From the NCBI GenBank assembly GCA_965261595.1, contig CBDHDG010000007.1:64001-128000 (forward strand): a stretch of 64,000 nucleotides of DNA, given 5' to 3'. Positions 29,483-38,275 of the stretch are shown in pieces (within the stretch, counting starts at the first letter, position 1; the number at the start of each line of letters is the position of its first letter). This DNA comes from a bacterium (GTDB taxonomy: Bacteria > UBA8248 > JACPRG01 > G963555815). A program made the position numbers and the translations under genes. The notes under the pieces are model-generated. The model was not told the origin of the DNA. It did not search any database and saw only the letters and a list, made by a program, of their open reading frames with translations.

Positions 29483-29539
29483 GATTCAGGGTCTAGTGGG
29501 GGAAACCCCGTGGGAGTTCGAGTCTCCCCTTCGGCACCA
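29483..29539 (+). other. 3' fragment of tRNA-Leu(CAG), probable att site
   Basis: Anticodon loop TTCAGGG, long variable arm, GTTCGAGTC T-loop and ...GGCACCA are present; the 5' acceptor strand and D-arm are absent. Confidence 0.8.
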
Positions 29540-30138
29540 CTTATTCAATGGATTCGTTGGATGAGGCCCCCGGCCGATGCGGACCGGGCGGTCGCTTGCG
29601 GGCGCACGTGTAGTTTCGGCTCCCGCTTTATGGTACTCATCGGGGGTCGCGCGTAGGCCTGTTCGAGCTAGAGCAGTGGTTTTCGATGGGTGCGGGCGTC
29701 AGATGCTCAGAGAGGATTCGAGAGATCAGGTGGCCGACGCAGTTGAAACGAGCGTGGCGCTTCGAGGCGACGCCGACCATGTGTCCGACCGCTTCTCAAT
29801 GGTCGAACCTTCGTAGCGCGCTCATCCAGCCAACGCCTTACCGATCTGGCGGGCCACATCCCCGGCGGCCGCGCTCACGGCATCGACCACCGCATCCCGA
29901 CACTCCGGGCAGCACACCGCCTCGACGCTGCGGCGAAGGTGGACTTCGTCGAGCCCTGTTCACCCGAGAGTACGAGGGCTTGATGCGGGCGGGACGTGCT
30001 CCAGATGCCCAAACAAGGCCCGGCATTCGAATGTGTGCAAAATGCGCCGAGCACAATTATAATCTTGTGAAGGTCCGACTGAAGTAGGTCAGTTGTGAAA
30101 CGGTAAAGGGATGGAACAGGGAAGAAAGCTGAACGAAA

Positions 30139-30738
30139 ATGAGCGCCAAGGACGCAAGAGAAAATCGAGGCTCCGTAGGCCGGCCGACGAAACTGACGCC
30201 GGAGGTTGCCGACCGTATCGTTGAGGCCATGTCTCTCGGACTTTCGTACAAGGATGCTGCACGAGCCGGAGGCGTTTCGGAACAAACACTTATCGAATGG
30301 CGGGCCCGTGGGGAGCTTGAGCCGGAATCCCCATATACCGAATTACTTGAGCGGATCGAGGGGGCCGTACAGGAAACCGGCGTTGAATACCTGAATGCGA
30401 TCAAGCGGTCGATCCTGGAATCGACCACGATCACGAAAACGCACGTCCGCACCCTTGAAGACGGGTCCAAGATGGAGGAGATCACCAAAGAAGAGCGCCC
30501 CCCGGGTATCAAGGGCGCAATGTGGTGGCTTGAGCGCCGCTTTCCTGATCCCTTTGCCCGAAGGATTGCGCATGGCGGAAAGGTTGGAATCGAGACACCC
30601 CCGAAGCGGAAGGTCACCATCAAGCTTGTGAGCCCGGACGGGACGACCGAGGCGTTTGAGCAAACGGGCGGGGAATCTACAAAGAGCAACGTGTCGCCGA
30701 ATCGTCTGACATCTACAGACGGCAGGAGGATCTCTTAA
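30139..30738 (+). CDS. Phage terminase small subunit-like protein
   Basis: GRPTKLTPE HTH N-terminus; AMWWLERRFP motif. Confidence 0.65.
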   Translation: MSAKDARENRGSVGRPTKLTPEVADRIVEAMSLGLSYKDAARAGGVSEQTLIEWRARGELEPESPYTELLERIEGAVQETGVEYLNAIKRSILESTTITKTHVRTLEDGSKMEEITKEERPPGIKGAMWWLERRFPDPFARRIAHGGKVGIETPPKRKVTIKLVSPDGTTEAFEQTGGESTKSNVSPNRLTSTDGRRIS

Positions 30739-31473
30739 GTGCATCTCACTCAAGAGAATCGGAATTATGAGTTATGGGCTTTTAGGTGGTTACCCTTTGT
30801 CCTCTTCCCCTCCAGTATCTCTCCCACCATCAGTATCTGCGTCCGGACTGTATTTGACCCCATCAACTTCCAGGTCCCCCTCCTGCGCCCATATCCCTGT
30901 GAAAATTCCCGTCCTTCGTTGGCCCCAGAGGGTCCATAATAATCAAACCCGCCATGAGCGCCTCGTCATTGTCCAGAACGCCTTGCATGGCGCGCAGGTC
31001 TCGGATGGTAACGTGCTTACCTCCTTTCAAACGCGGCGGTGCATCGGACCTCTCGGCCCCTCAAAAATTCAACGCCCGCCGCCTCGCACGCCACCTCGAT
31101 GCGGTGCTCGTATTTCCCCACCCTTCCGTCTGTGTCGTAAATCACCACAGCAGGCTTCTTGCCGGTCAGCCAAGCGAAGAACAAGGCTTGTTGCACGCTG
31201 TCCAGACTGCTCCGCTTGTCCAGGCCGCCTTCGTACACTGTGGTATCGGTTTCACAGTCCACTCTCACGTATCCTTTGCCGTTGGGATAGGTGTATTCGT
31301 GTCGCACCTCGGTTCTCCCTCCCAGACGGGCGCAAAATTCCCTGTTGTAATCGTCTTCCTTTTTCTTCTGCTGGGTCGCCCCGATGGATGGGATCAGAAC
31401 ACAACACTCCCCCGCTCTAGGGTTTTGTTGGACACTCGATTGATCCATGATTCATGGAGAAAGGGGTGTCGCG

Positions 31474-31860
31474 ATGAACGAACAAAAGCAAGAGGGGGCT
31501 TTGGCGGAGGGCGCCCGCAGGGCGAACGGAGCCAAGGCCCCAGGGCATCGCAGTGAGCGGGGTCGGTTCTCCTGCCAGCGCAAGCGGGAGGCGGTCCTGC
31601 GTCTTTTGCGGGGCGAGAGCCTGGAGACGCTCTGCCGCGAGTTGGGCACGACAGCGGCTCGGCTTTCCGCCTGGCGCGAGGCGTTCCTTCGCGGGGGCGA
31701 GGCGGCGCTCAAAGCCCGCCCGGCGGATGAGCGGGACGAGGAGAACGCCCGGCTCAAGGCCAAGGTGGGCGAACTCACGATGGAGGGCGAGGTCCTGCGG
31801 GAGAAGATCGACCGCCTGGAGGCCGGCCGCCCTTTAGCCGGCAGGAGGTGGAGGCGATGA
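31474..31860 (+). CDS. IS3-family transposase OrfA
   Basis: Identical to copy 1. Confidence 0.88.
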   Translation: MNEQKQEGALAEGARRANGAKAPGHRSERGRFSCQRKREAVLRLLRGESLETLCRELGTTAARLSAWREAFLRGGEAALKARPADERDEENARLKAKVGELTMEGEVLREKIDRLEAGRPLAGRRWRR

Positions 31861-32765
31861 GTCAGGCCCGCTTCACCTCCACGGGCAGAGCCTACGGCCT
31901 GAAGCGGGTGTGCGCCCTTTGGGGCTTGGCGCGCTCCACGGTCTACGCGCAACGGCGGCGAGAGGCGGTCCCCGTTCATGAACGCCCCACGCCCAATAAG
32001 CGCGGCCCTGTGGGCCCGTGCACCGATGCGGAACTCCTCGGCCACATCCGGCAGGTCCTGGAGGACTCTCCCTTCCATGGCGAGGGCTACCGCAAGGTGT
32101 GGGCGAGGCTGCGCTTCGCGGGCATCCGCACCAGCAAGGAGCGGGTGCGTCGCCTGATGCGGGAGGCGGGGCTTCAGGCCCCCCACCGGGTGGGCAAACC
32201 CCGAGGTCCCAAGGCCCACAACGGGACCATCCGCACCGAGCGGCCCGACCGAATGTGGGGCACGGACATGACGACGACGGTGACCACCGAGGAGGGGGTG
32301 GCCTCGGTGTTCGTGGCGGTGGATCACTGCTCGGTGGACTGCGTGGGGATCCATGCGGCCAAGAGCGGCAACCGCTTCGAGGCCCTGGAGCCGATCCGGC
32401 AGGGGGTCGCCGAGCGCTTCGCCGGCTTGGAGGCGGATGTCGCCGAGGGGCTTAAAGTTCGTCACGACCACGGCCCCGCCTATCTGTCCGATGACTTTCA
32501 GCGGGAGATCGCCTACCTGGGCATGACCAGTTCGCCCAGCTTCGTGCGGGCGCCCGAGGGAAATGGCTACTGTGAGTGGTTCATCCGCATCTTGAAGGAG
32601 AATCTCCTGTGGGTGCGCTCTTTCGCCACCGTAGAGGAACTGCGGTGGGCGCTGCTTGAGTTCAAGAACCTGTACAACCATCATTGGATTCTCGAGGGCT
32701 ACGGCTACCGAACGCCGGCCCAGGCAAGGCAGGAAAAACTCGCTCAAGTTGCGGAGGCCGCATGA
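31857..32765 (+). CDS. IS3-family transposase OrfB (intact DDE)
   Basis: WGTDMT / HDHG / E. Confidence 0.9.
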   Translation: MSQARFTSTGRAYGLKRVCALWGLARSTVYAQRRREAVPVHERPTPNKRGPVGPCTDAELLGHIRQVLEDSPFHGEGYRKVWARLRFAGIRTSKERVRRLMREAGLQAPHRVGKPRGPKAHNGTIRTERPDRMWGTDMTTTVTTEEGVASVFVAVDHCSVDCVGIHAAKSGNRFEALEPIRQGVAERFAGLEADVAEGLKVRHDHGPAYLSDDFQREIAYLGMTSSPSFVRAPEGNGYCEWFIRILKENLLWVRSFATVEELRWALLEFKNLYNHHWILEGYGYRTPAQARQEKLAQVAEAA

Positions 32766-32920
32766 GGTCGAATACCCTCACCCGAGTGTCCAATAACCCA
32801 GGGGCGGTCCAACACACCGCCCCAGGATGAGACACCGGACTCTCATGTCAATACTCCCGTTCCTCTGGTGAAGGGGTTGAAGGGTTATTCCTTAATCGCC
32901 CTACGCGCGCGCGTGTGAAG

Positions 32921-34204
32921 TTATATGGAAAAACCGTTCACCCCTTCACCCTGTTCACCCACAATCGCCACGGTGTAAACATTGCCGCGTTTCCCGTGAC
33001 GCTTCTCCACTCGGCGGCCCATCCAGATCCCCCATGCCGTCCGGCTCACGGCGCGGACGCCTTCGGCCTGGCACCAATCCTGATAGTCCTTGAAAAGAAA
33101 CCGCGATGGCGTTTCCGTAATTTCCGATCGCTCGCACCTGGCCTCGAACCAGCCGGTCAGGGTGTCGGTTGATTCAAAATAGGCCGCCGTTGCGTCCAGG
33201 ACAGCACGACAATCGCGCAGGCCGCCGGCAGCGTATGACATGGCCCCCTGCACGATCCACCGGAGCACGCCCGGCAATTCATCTGAGCGCAGCCGCGCCG
33301 GCAGCTTCGGGTCTGGCCTTTCGGGCTTCGCCTCAAACGGCCAAAGGCGCAGGCGGCGTCGCAGTGCATTGTCGACCATTCGCACGGAAGGCGGCTCGTT
33401 TGTGAGAATCCAGATGGTCGCTGCGGGCCTGAATTCGAAAAAATCTTGCCTCATGAACCGAGCCGGGAGAGTATCGCCGCCACTCAGGGCTTTGAGAGTT
33501 TCGCCCCTAAACGTGCCTCCCGTCACCTCCGGCGCGACGACATAGCGTTTGCCGAAAAGGCCGGCGATTCCGGTCGGATGCTGCTCGAATCTGGCATTGA
33601 GCACCGACGCAGGCAGGACGCCAGCGTAAGAGCCGAGGGCGGTGCTGATGGTATCGGCGCACGTAGTTTTGCCCGCACCGCCGTCGCCAGCCACGACATT
33701 CACACGGTGGTCCTCGTTGTGCCCACACGCCGACGCCCCCACCGCAACCTGAAGGGCGCGCGCCATCTTGTCATCACCGCCGCACCATTCCAACGCTAGT
33801 TTTTCCCAAAGTTCTGAAATTTCATCACCGAGGTCGCACCCTGTTGACATCGTGATCCAATCATCCAGTCGCTGTTCACGCTCTTCGCCCGTGGTGAGAT
33901 CAACAACCCTACCGCCCAGAAGGCCGAGGAGATTGGGGTTCGCGTCCCAGTCATCTTGGCGGAGGAGTTCGCCGGCCAGGCCTAGTGCGCCCCTGCAATG
34001 CGAAACCCGAAGCCATTGGGACCGAACCTTGGCCGAAATAGTAGCCTCAATGACGTTGGCCATGTCGTTGAGCGGAGCGCAGGATTCAGTCCAGCAACCG
34101 CGCTCCCACGCCATCCAGCGGCCCCGTTTCGGATGAAAGCGGCGGTTGTCTCTGTGAACGGCTACGAATTGTTGGGCGAAGCTGACGTGATGTGGTTTCA
34201 TCAC
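32921..34204 (-). CDS. P4-family primase C-terminal / D5-type SF3 helicase
   Basis: VVDLTTGE, GDGGAGKTT Walker A, LKALSGGDTLPARFMRQDFFEFRP, DNALRRRL. Confidence 0.88.
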   Translation of the reverse strand: MMKPHHVSFAQQFVAVHRDNRRFHPKRGRWMAWERGCWTESCAPLNDMANVIEATISAKVRSQWLRVSHCRGALGLAGELLRQDDWDANPNLLGLLGGRVVDLTTGEEREQRLDDWITMSTGCDLGDEISELWEKLALEWCGGDDKMARALQVAVGASACGHNEDHRVNVVAGDGGAGKTTCADTISTALGSYAGVLPASVLNARFEQHPTGIAGLFGKRYVVAPEVTGGTFRGETLKALSGGDTLPARFMRQDFFEFRPAATIWILTNEPPSVRMVDNALRRRLRLWPFEAKPERPDPKLPARLRSDELPGVLRWIVQGAMSYAAGGLRDCRAVLDATAAYFESTDTLTGWFEARCERSEITETPSRFLFKDYQDWCQAEGVRAVSRTAWGIWMGRRVEKRHGKRGNVYTVAIVGEQGEGVNGFSI

Positions 34205-34398
34205 GCTTCGCGCTTTTCGCCCGCCGCGCGGGGTCGGGAGTCGAGAAAATCCTTGACTTCAGATTCCCGCCACCGAACCGCCCTTTGGCCGACGCGAATT
34301 GGCTCAGGAAAATCAGCCTCGCGCATTAGCCGATAAATCGCCGAACGCGAGATTTTGCAGATTTCCTCAACTTCGTCGCGCTTAAGCATTTTGTACAT
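34201..34398 (-). CDS. alpA: AlpA-family regulator/excisionase
   Basis: LKRDEVEEICKISRSAIYRLM...FPEPIRVGQRAVRWRESEV. Confidence 0.9.
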   Translation of the reverse strand: MYKMLKRDEVEEICKISRSAIYRLMREADFPEPIRVGQRAVRWRESEVKDFLDSRPRAAGEKREA

Positions 34399-34472
34399 CT
34401 TTTCGTTCCTCCGGGTTTCGGGTTTGCCTTCACTTTCCCTGAAGTTACTTCACCGATCCCGGATGTGTCATC

Positions 34473-35045
34473 CTAGCTTTTTGACCGCGTTGTGTAGGAC
34501 AAGAGCGGATCGTGCTTTCCCCAAATCCGCTCTGTGTTCTTGTAGGCTTTGAGCGTCGCCCCAAAGACCGCCCGGCCAACAACATCGCAAGCCGAACCGC
34601 CTTCGGCGCAGCATAGCTCCGGTCCGCCCCCGTTTCGTGTCGGCGGTAGGTCGTAGAGCGTACCGACATACTGGATGGCTCCGCAGATAATCCAATCCCG
34701 GTTGGCCTCCGGTGGACCCCCTTTTGTTGGCCGTGCCTGGCGCTTGTCTTTCCCTGGCCTTTGCTGGTCGTATAGCACGTCCGCGAGCCATTCCCGCAGT
34801 TCGGCCGGCAGGGGTTCCTTCGTTCGCAACAGATCCTCCGTAATAAGCTTCACCGCGTCCCATGCCATCTTGCTTTCGGCAGACTCGACTATCAGGTTGC
34901 GGAGAAAATCGTCGCGTCCATTCTTGGGTAGAACCTTTCGATAATGACGGGCATAGGTTTCCGCTCGGATCTCTCTTAATTCCGGCCTCGACAGGAACTG
35001 TTGACGTGTGACTGCTACCGCTCTTTCGAATGTCTTTTCATCCAT
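34473..35045 (-). CDS. Hypothetical satellite protein
   Basis: 190-aa ORF overlapping the integrase stop, between int and alpA. Confidence 0.65.
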   Translation of the reverse strand: MDEKTFERAVAVTRQQFLSRPELREIRAETYARHYRKVLPKNGRDDFLRNLIVESAESKMAWDAVKLITEDLLRTKEPLPAELREWLADVLYDQQRPGKDKRQARPTKGGPPEANRDWIICGAIQYVGTLYDLPPTRNGGGPELCCAEGGSACDVVGRAVFGATLKAYKNTERIWGKHDPLLSYTTRSKS

Positions 35046-36222
35046 GGAGCTTGACCACCTTCGCACCAGTGCCCCCGCACACGAACGCGCCCCACGATTC
35101 CATGAGCCGCGCCCGCTTCGCAAAAAGATCGGATCGTGCATATGAGCGCTCGACGGCACTCCCGACGGCATGAGCGAGAGACAATTCCATGACGGCGTGA
35201 TCGGCATTCGTCTTTTCGCTCGCCCACGTCCTGAATGCCGTCCTGAAGCCGTGGACAACCGTTTTCTCGGCAAGGCCCGTATCCCTCAAAACCTTCGTCA
35301 AGCTCATGTCCGAAAGCGGTTTGCCTTTTCGAACCGGAGACGGAAAAACCAACCCGCTCCCGTCATCGAGCGCCCGCGCCCGTTCGTGAACCTTTGCGGC
35401 CTCGTCAGACAAAGGCACTCGATGTTCCTTGCCGCCCTTCATGCGTTCGCCAGGGATCGTCCAGGTCCGCCCCTCGATGTCGATCTCTCCCCAGGTCGCG
35501 GCCCGGACCTCACCTGAACGCGCCGCCGTCAACACGAGAAACCGGAGCGCCAGTTTCGCGGCCATCGACGCCCGGCTCGCCTCGATGATTTCAAGTGCAT
35601 CTGGCACTTTGGCATAGGGAAGCGCCCGGAAGTGTTTCGCGCCGGTTGGCAAGGAGGGAAGGGCGGCGGATATGCCTTCGCCCGCCGGGTTGTGTTCAAT
35701 GAAACCGTGCGCCTGAGCCCAGGCCAACGTTGCGCGGATTCGCTGACGCAAGCGCCGCGCCCGCTCCGGGCGGCTTGTCCATATCGGCGTCAGGACGGAA
35801 AGCACGGCTTCCCGGTCGATCCGATCCACGGGCAGATCGCCCATGGCCGGGAAGGCGTACTTCTCCATCGACTGAATCCAGTTCTTGACATTCTTTTCGT
35901 TTTTCCATCTTGGGCGGTTCGCCTCAAAGGTCTTCTCCGCCGCCTCCCGGAATGTCGGAACCTTGGCCCGCCGCTTCGCGGCCAACGGATCGCCGCCGTC
36001 CCTTGCCAGCTTCCGATTGTCGAAAGCCTTCTCCCGAGCTTCGGCCAGCGAAGTCAGCGGGAAACCGCCCAAGCCGATATCCCGGCGTTTGCCGTTGACA
36101 ATAAGGCGTTGCACCCAGGACTTCGATCCACCGGGCGCAACGTACAAAAAAAGCGTGCCACCGTCAGAGTAGCGCCCCGGCTCCTTTATGGCCTTCACCT
36201 TTGCAGCATTGAGTCTGCCCAT
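35038..36222 (-). CDS. P4-type tyrosine integrase
   Basis: Arm-binding YSDGGTLFLYV...RRDIGLGGFPLTSLAEAR; catalytic ARSGEVR, HGFR, LAH, RSY; next to the tRNA 3' end. Confidence 0.93.
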   Translation of the reverse strand: MGRLNAAKVKAIKEPGRYSDGGTLFLYVAPGGSKSWVQRLIVNGKRRDIGLGGFPLTSLAEAREKAFDNRKLARDGGDPLAAKRRAKVPTFREAAEKTFEANRPRWKNEKNVKNWIQSMEKYAFPAMGDLPVDRIDREAVLSVLTPIWTSRPERARRLRQRIRATLAWAQAHGFIEHNPAGEGISAALPSLPTGAKHFRALPYAKVPDALEIIEASRASMAAKLALRFLVLTAARSGEVRAATWGEIDIEGRTWTIPGERMKGGKEHRVPLSDEAAKVHERARALDDGSGLVFPSPVRKGKPLSDMSLTKVLRDTGLAEKTVVHGFRTAFRTWASEKTNADHAVMELSLAHAVGSAVERSYARSDLFAKRARLMESWGAFVCGGTGAKVVKLHG

Positions 36223-36369
36223 GTCGCTTCTCCGTTTTCCCACAGTTTATCCCTCTTTAAATGTGGGAATATAGAGAAATGGGCGGGAAGTGTCAAGAAC
36301 AAAAAAGCCCGAAACCCCTTGTATTACTGGAGTTTCTGGCACTTACGGGAAGATATAAGAATGGATTCC

Positions 36370-36445
36370 TGGTGGAGCTGAGGGGGATCGAACCCCTGAC
36401 CTCATGACTGCCAGTCATGCGCTCTCCCAGCTGAGCTACAGCCCC
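36370..36445 (-). tRNA. tRNA-Ala(GGC)
   Basis: Revcomp GGGGCTGTAGCTCAGCTGGGAGAGCGCATGACTGGCAGTCATGAGGTCAGGGGTTCGATCCCCCTCAGCTCCACCA forms a full cloverleaf with CCA. Confidence 0.97.
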
Positions 36446-36793
36446 TTGAGACACCTGAATTTAGCATCCTCTCCCGGGCTTCGCAACGAAAAGAGCCGGT
36501 TCATCCTTCGTGCCGCGGGCGCTTGAGCAGGGCCGCGTTCCCACCCGCCCCGCCCGGTCCACACTTAGCGATGGCCCTGGGGAAGTTCGACCAAGCAGAT
36601 CCGGCGTCTCAAATATCTTGAGCCCGGACAACGCGTTGTCCGCTCAGATCCGGCCTGCTAACATGGGCGGCTCAAATCGGTCCCACAATCAGGAGACGAG
36701 GCCCGGAGAGGGCGAGCGAACAAAAGCCCCCCTCGCATACACGCCGGCGCCGTTCCCCCCGGGGGGGGGGATTCGGACGAGGAGAAGGAATCA

Positions 36794-37724
36794 ATGATTG
36801 CGTTGACCCGCTTGAGCCATTACGCGTTGCGCGTCGCGGACGTCGAGCGGTCTCTTTCATTCTATCTCAACGTTGTGGGAATCGACCTGACGGAGCGCCG
36901 TCCCGACGGGACGGCCTACCTGCGCCGCGGCCCCGATCATCACTGCCTGGCGCTCTATCCGCTGCACCACGCGCAATCCCATGACCCCGAGATGGCCGCC
37001 CGGCCGGCCCGGCCTGGACCACGCGTCCTTCGCCGTCCCCGGCCGCGAGGATGTGGACGGGGCCGCCCGGGCGCTGAAGGACGCCGGCGCCCGCGTGATC
37101 ACCGGCCCGGCCGAGCTGGACGAGCCGGGAAGCCCGTACGCCGTCCGGCTCGCCGACCCCGACGGGAACCGGATCGAGGTCTGCACGGACATGGCCGAGT
37201 GGATCGGCCCCGAGATCCCCCACGCGGCCAAACCCGTCAAACTGGGGCACCTCAACTTCCACGTCAAAGACCCCCGGAAGACACTGGGTTTTTACACCGA
37301 CGTCCTGGGGTTCCAGGTGTCGGATTGGATCGGTGACTTTTTCGTCTTTCTGCGCTGCAACCCAGACCACCACGCCTCCGCCCTCATTGAAGGCCCCGCC
37401 CCCAGCATGAACCACGCGGCCTTCGAAGTGGGGACGGTCGAGGACATGAAGAACGCGGCGGACATTTTGTGGAAGAACGGCGTCCAAACCCTCTGGGGCC
37501 TCGGGCGTCACGGCCCCGGCCACAACCTTTTCATTTACTACCCGGACCCCGATGGAAACGTAGTCGAGATATTCACCGAGCTCGACCGGATCTACGACGA
37601 CGGGAACTACAAGCCTCTGCGATGGGATCCGGAGGGGGCGGCGTGCGTGTGGACGCACCAGATCCCCGAAGCGTTCGTGGAGGCCACGCAGGCCGTCGGA
37701 AAATCCGCGAACGGAATGACGTGA
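36794..37724 (+). pseudogene. VOC-family (extradiol dioxygenase-like) protein, frameshifted near 36960-36990
   Basis: LSHYALRVADVERS in one frame; KLGHLNF, FLRCNPDHH, GLGRHGPG, DPDGNVVE in another. May be a sequencing indel. Confidence 0.78.
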
Positions 37725-38182
37725 AGGCCGCCCGACTGATGCGGAGAAGAAGACCAGCCGGTCCACGGGCAAAGAAAAAGTGGGACGCGAAGACCCAACG
37801 CCGTTGGGCGCGGGGAAAGAAAATGCTCTTCTCTACGCTGGACGCGCGTGGGAGGGCCAAAGGCGTGCCCGCCTGGTTCAACTTCCACGAGGGGGTGATG
37901 TACCTCGTCTCGATGAAGGATTCCGTGAAGGTGGCCAAAATCCGAAAAAACCCCCGCGTCCGCCTTCGGGTCCTGGAGGGGGGAGGAGGAGGGGAAAGGC
38001 CGCCGGGGGAGATGGACGCCGTCGCCGAGCCGGTCGAAGACGAGCGCTTGGCGTGGGCGCTGTTCCGCAAGAAAAACGAGAAGTACGATAAGTTTTACGG
38101 CGAAACAACACGGGAGAATTGACGCAAGCTGATGGCGGAGCGGATACTCATCGCCATCCGGCCGGTTGCAAAGGGTTCATGA
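37721..38182 (+). pseudogene. Pyridoxamine 5'-phosphate oxidase-like (split barrel) protein with in-frame TGA at 38120
   Basis: FSTLDARG...VPAWF...KVAKIRKNPRVRL; the frame resumes RKLMAERILIAIRP after the TGA. Confidence 0.6.
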
Positions 38183-38275
38183 GCGGGGGGGAAGCAAGGG
38201 GGGGGGGATTTTACGCATTCGAGAATTGGGAAACCGGCCTCAAATGCCCGGCCAAGCGGTTAGACGCCACTCCTC

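Larger units (their letters stand above)
31408..32811 (+). mobile_element. IS3-family element A, copy 3 (1404 bp; TSD ACAC)
   Basis: ACAC at 31404-31407 and 32812-32815. Confidence 0.93.
31017..32846 (-). pseudogene. Secreted PD-(D/E)xK-like protein interrupted by IS3 copy 3
   Basis: RVDCETDTTVYEGGLDK...QQALFFA..TGKKPAVVIY; signal-like start (MRVRCLIL...) lies beyond the IS at 32846. Confidence 0.6.

Noticed and set aside
29483..29539. Functional tRNA-Leu
   Set aside because: The 5' acceptor strand and D-arm are missing, so it is treated as an att fragment.
29540..30130. Distal att of the tRNA-Ala satellite, and a P-loop fragment (LVLSGEQGSTKST) near 29930-29990
   Set aside because: Only a weak AATGGATTC match for the att; the P-loop fragment is too short and scrambled to call.
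38120..38122. Selenocysteine recoding of the in-frame TGA
   Set aside because: Not a Cys-type position in this family, and no clear SECIS hairpin follows.
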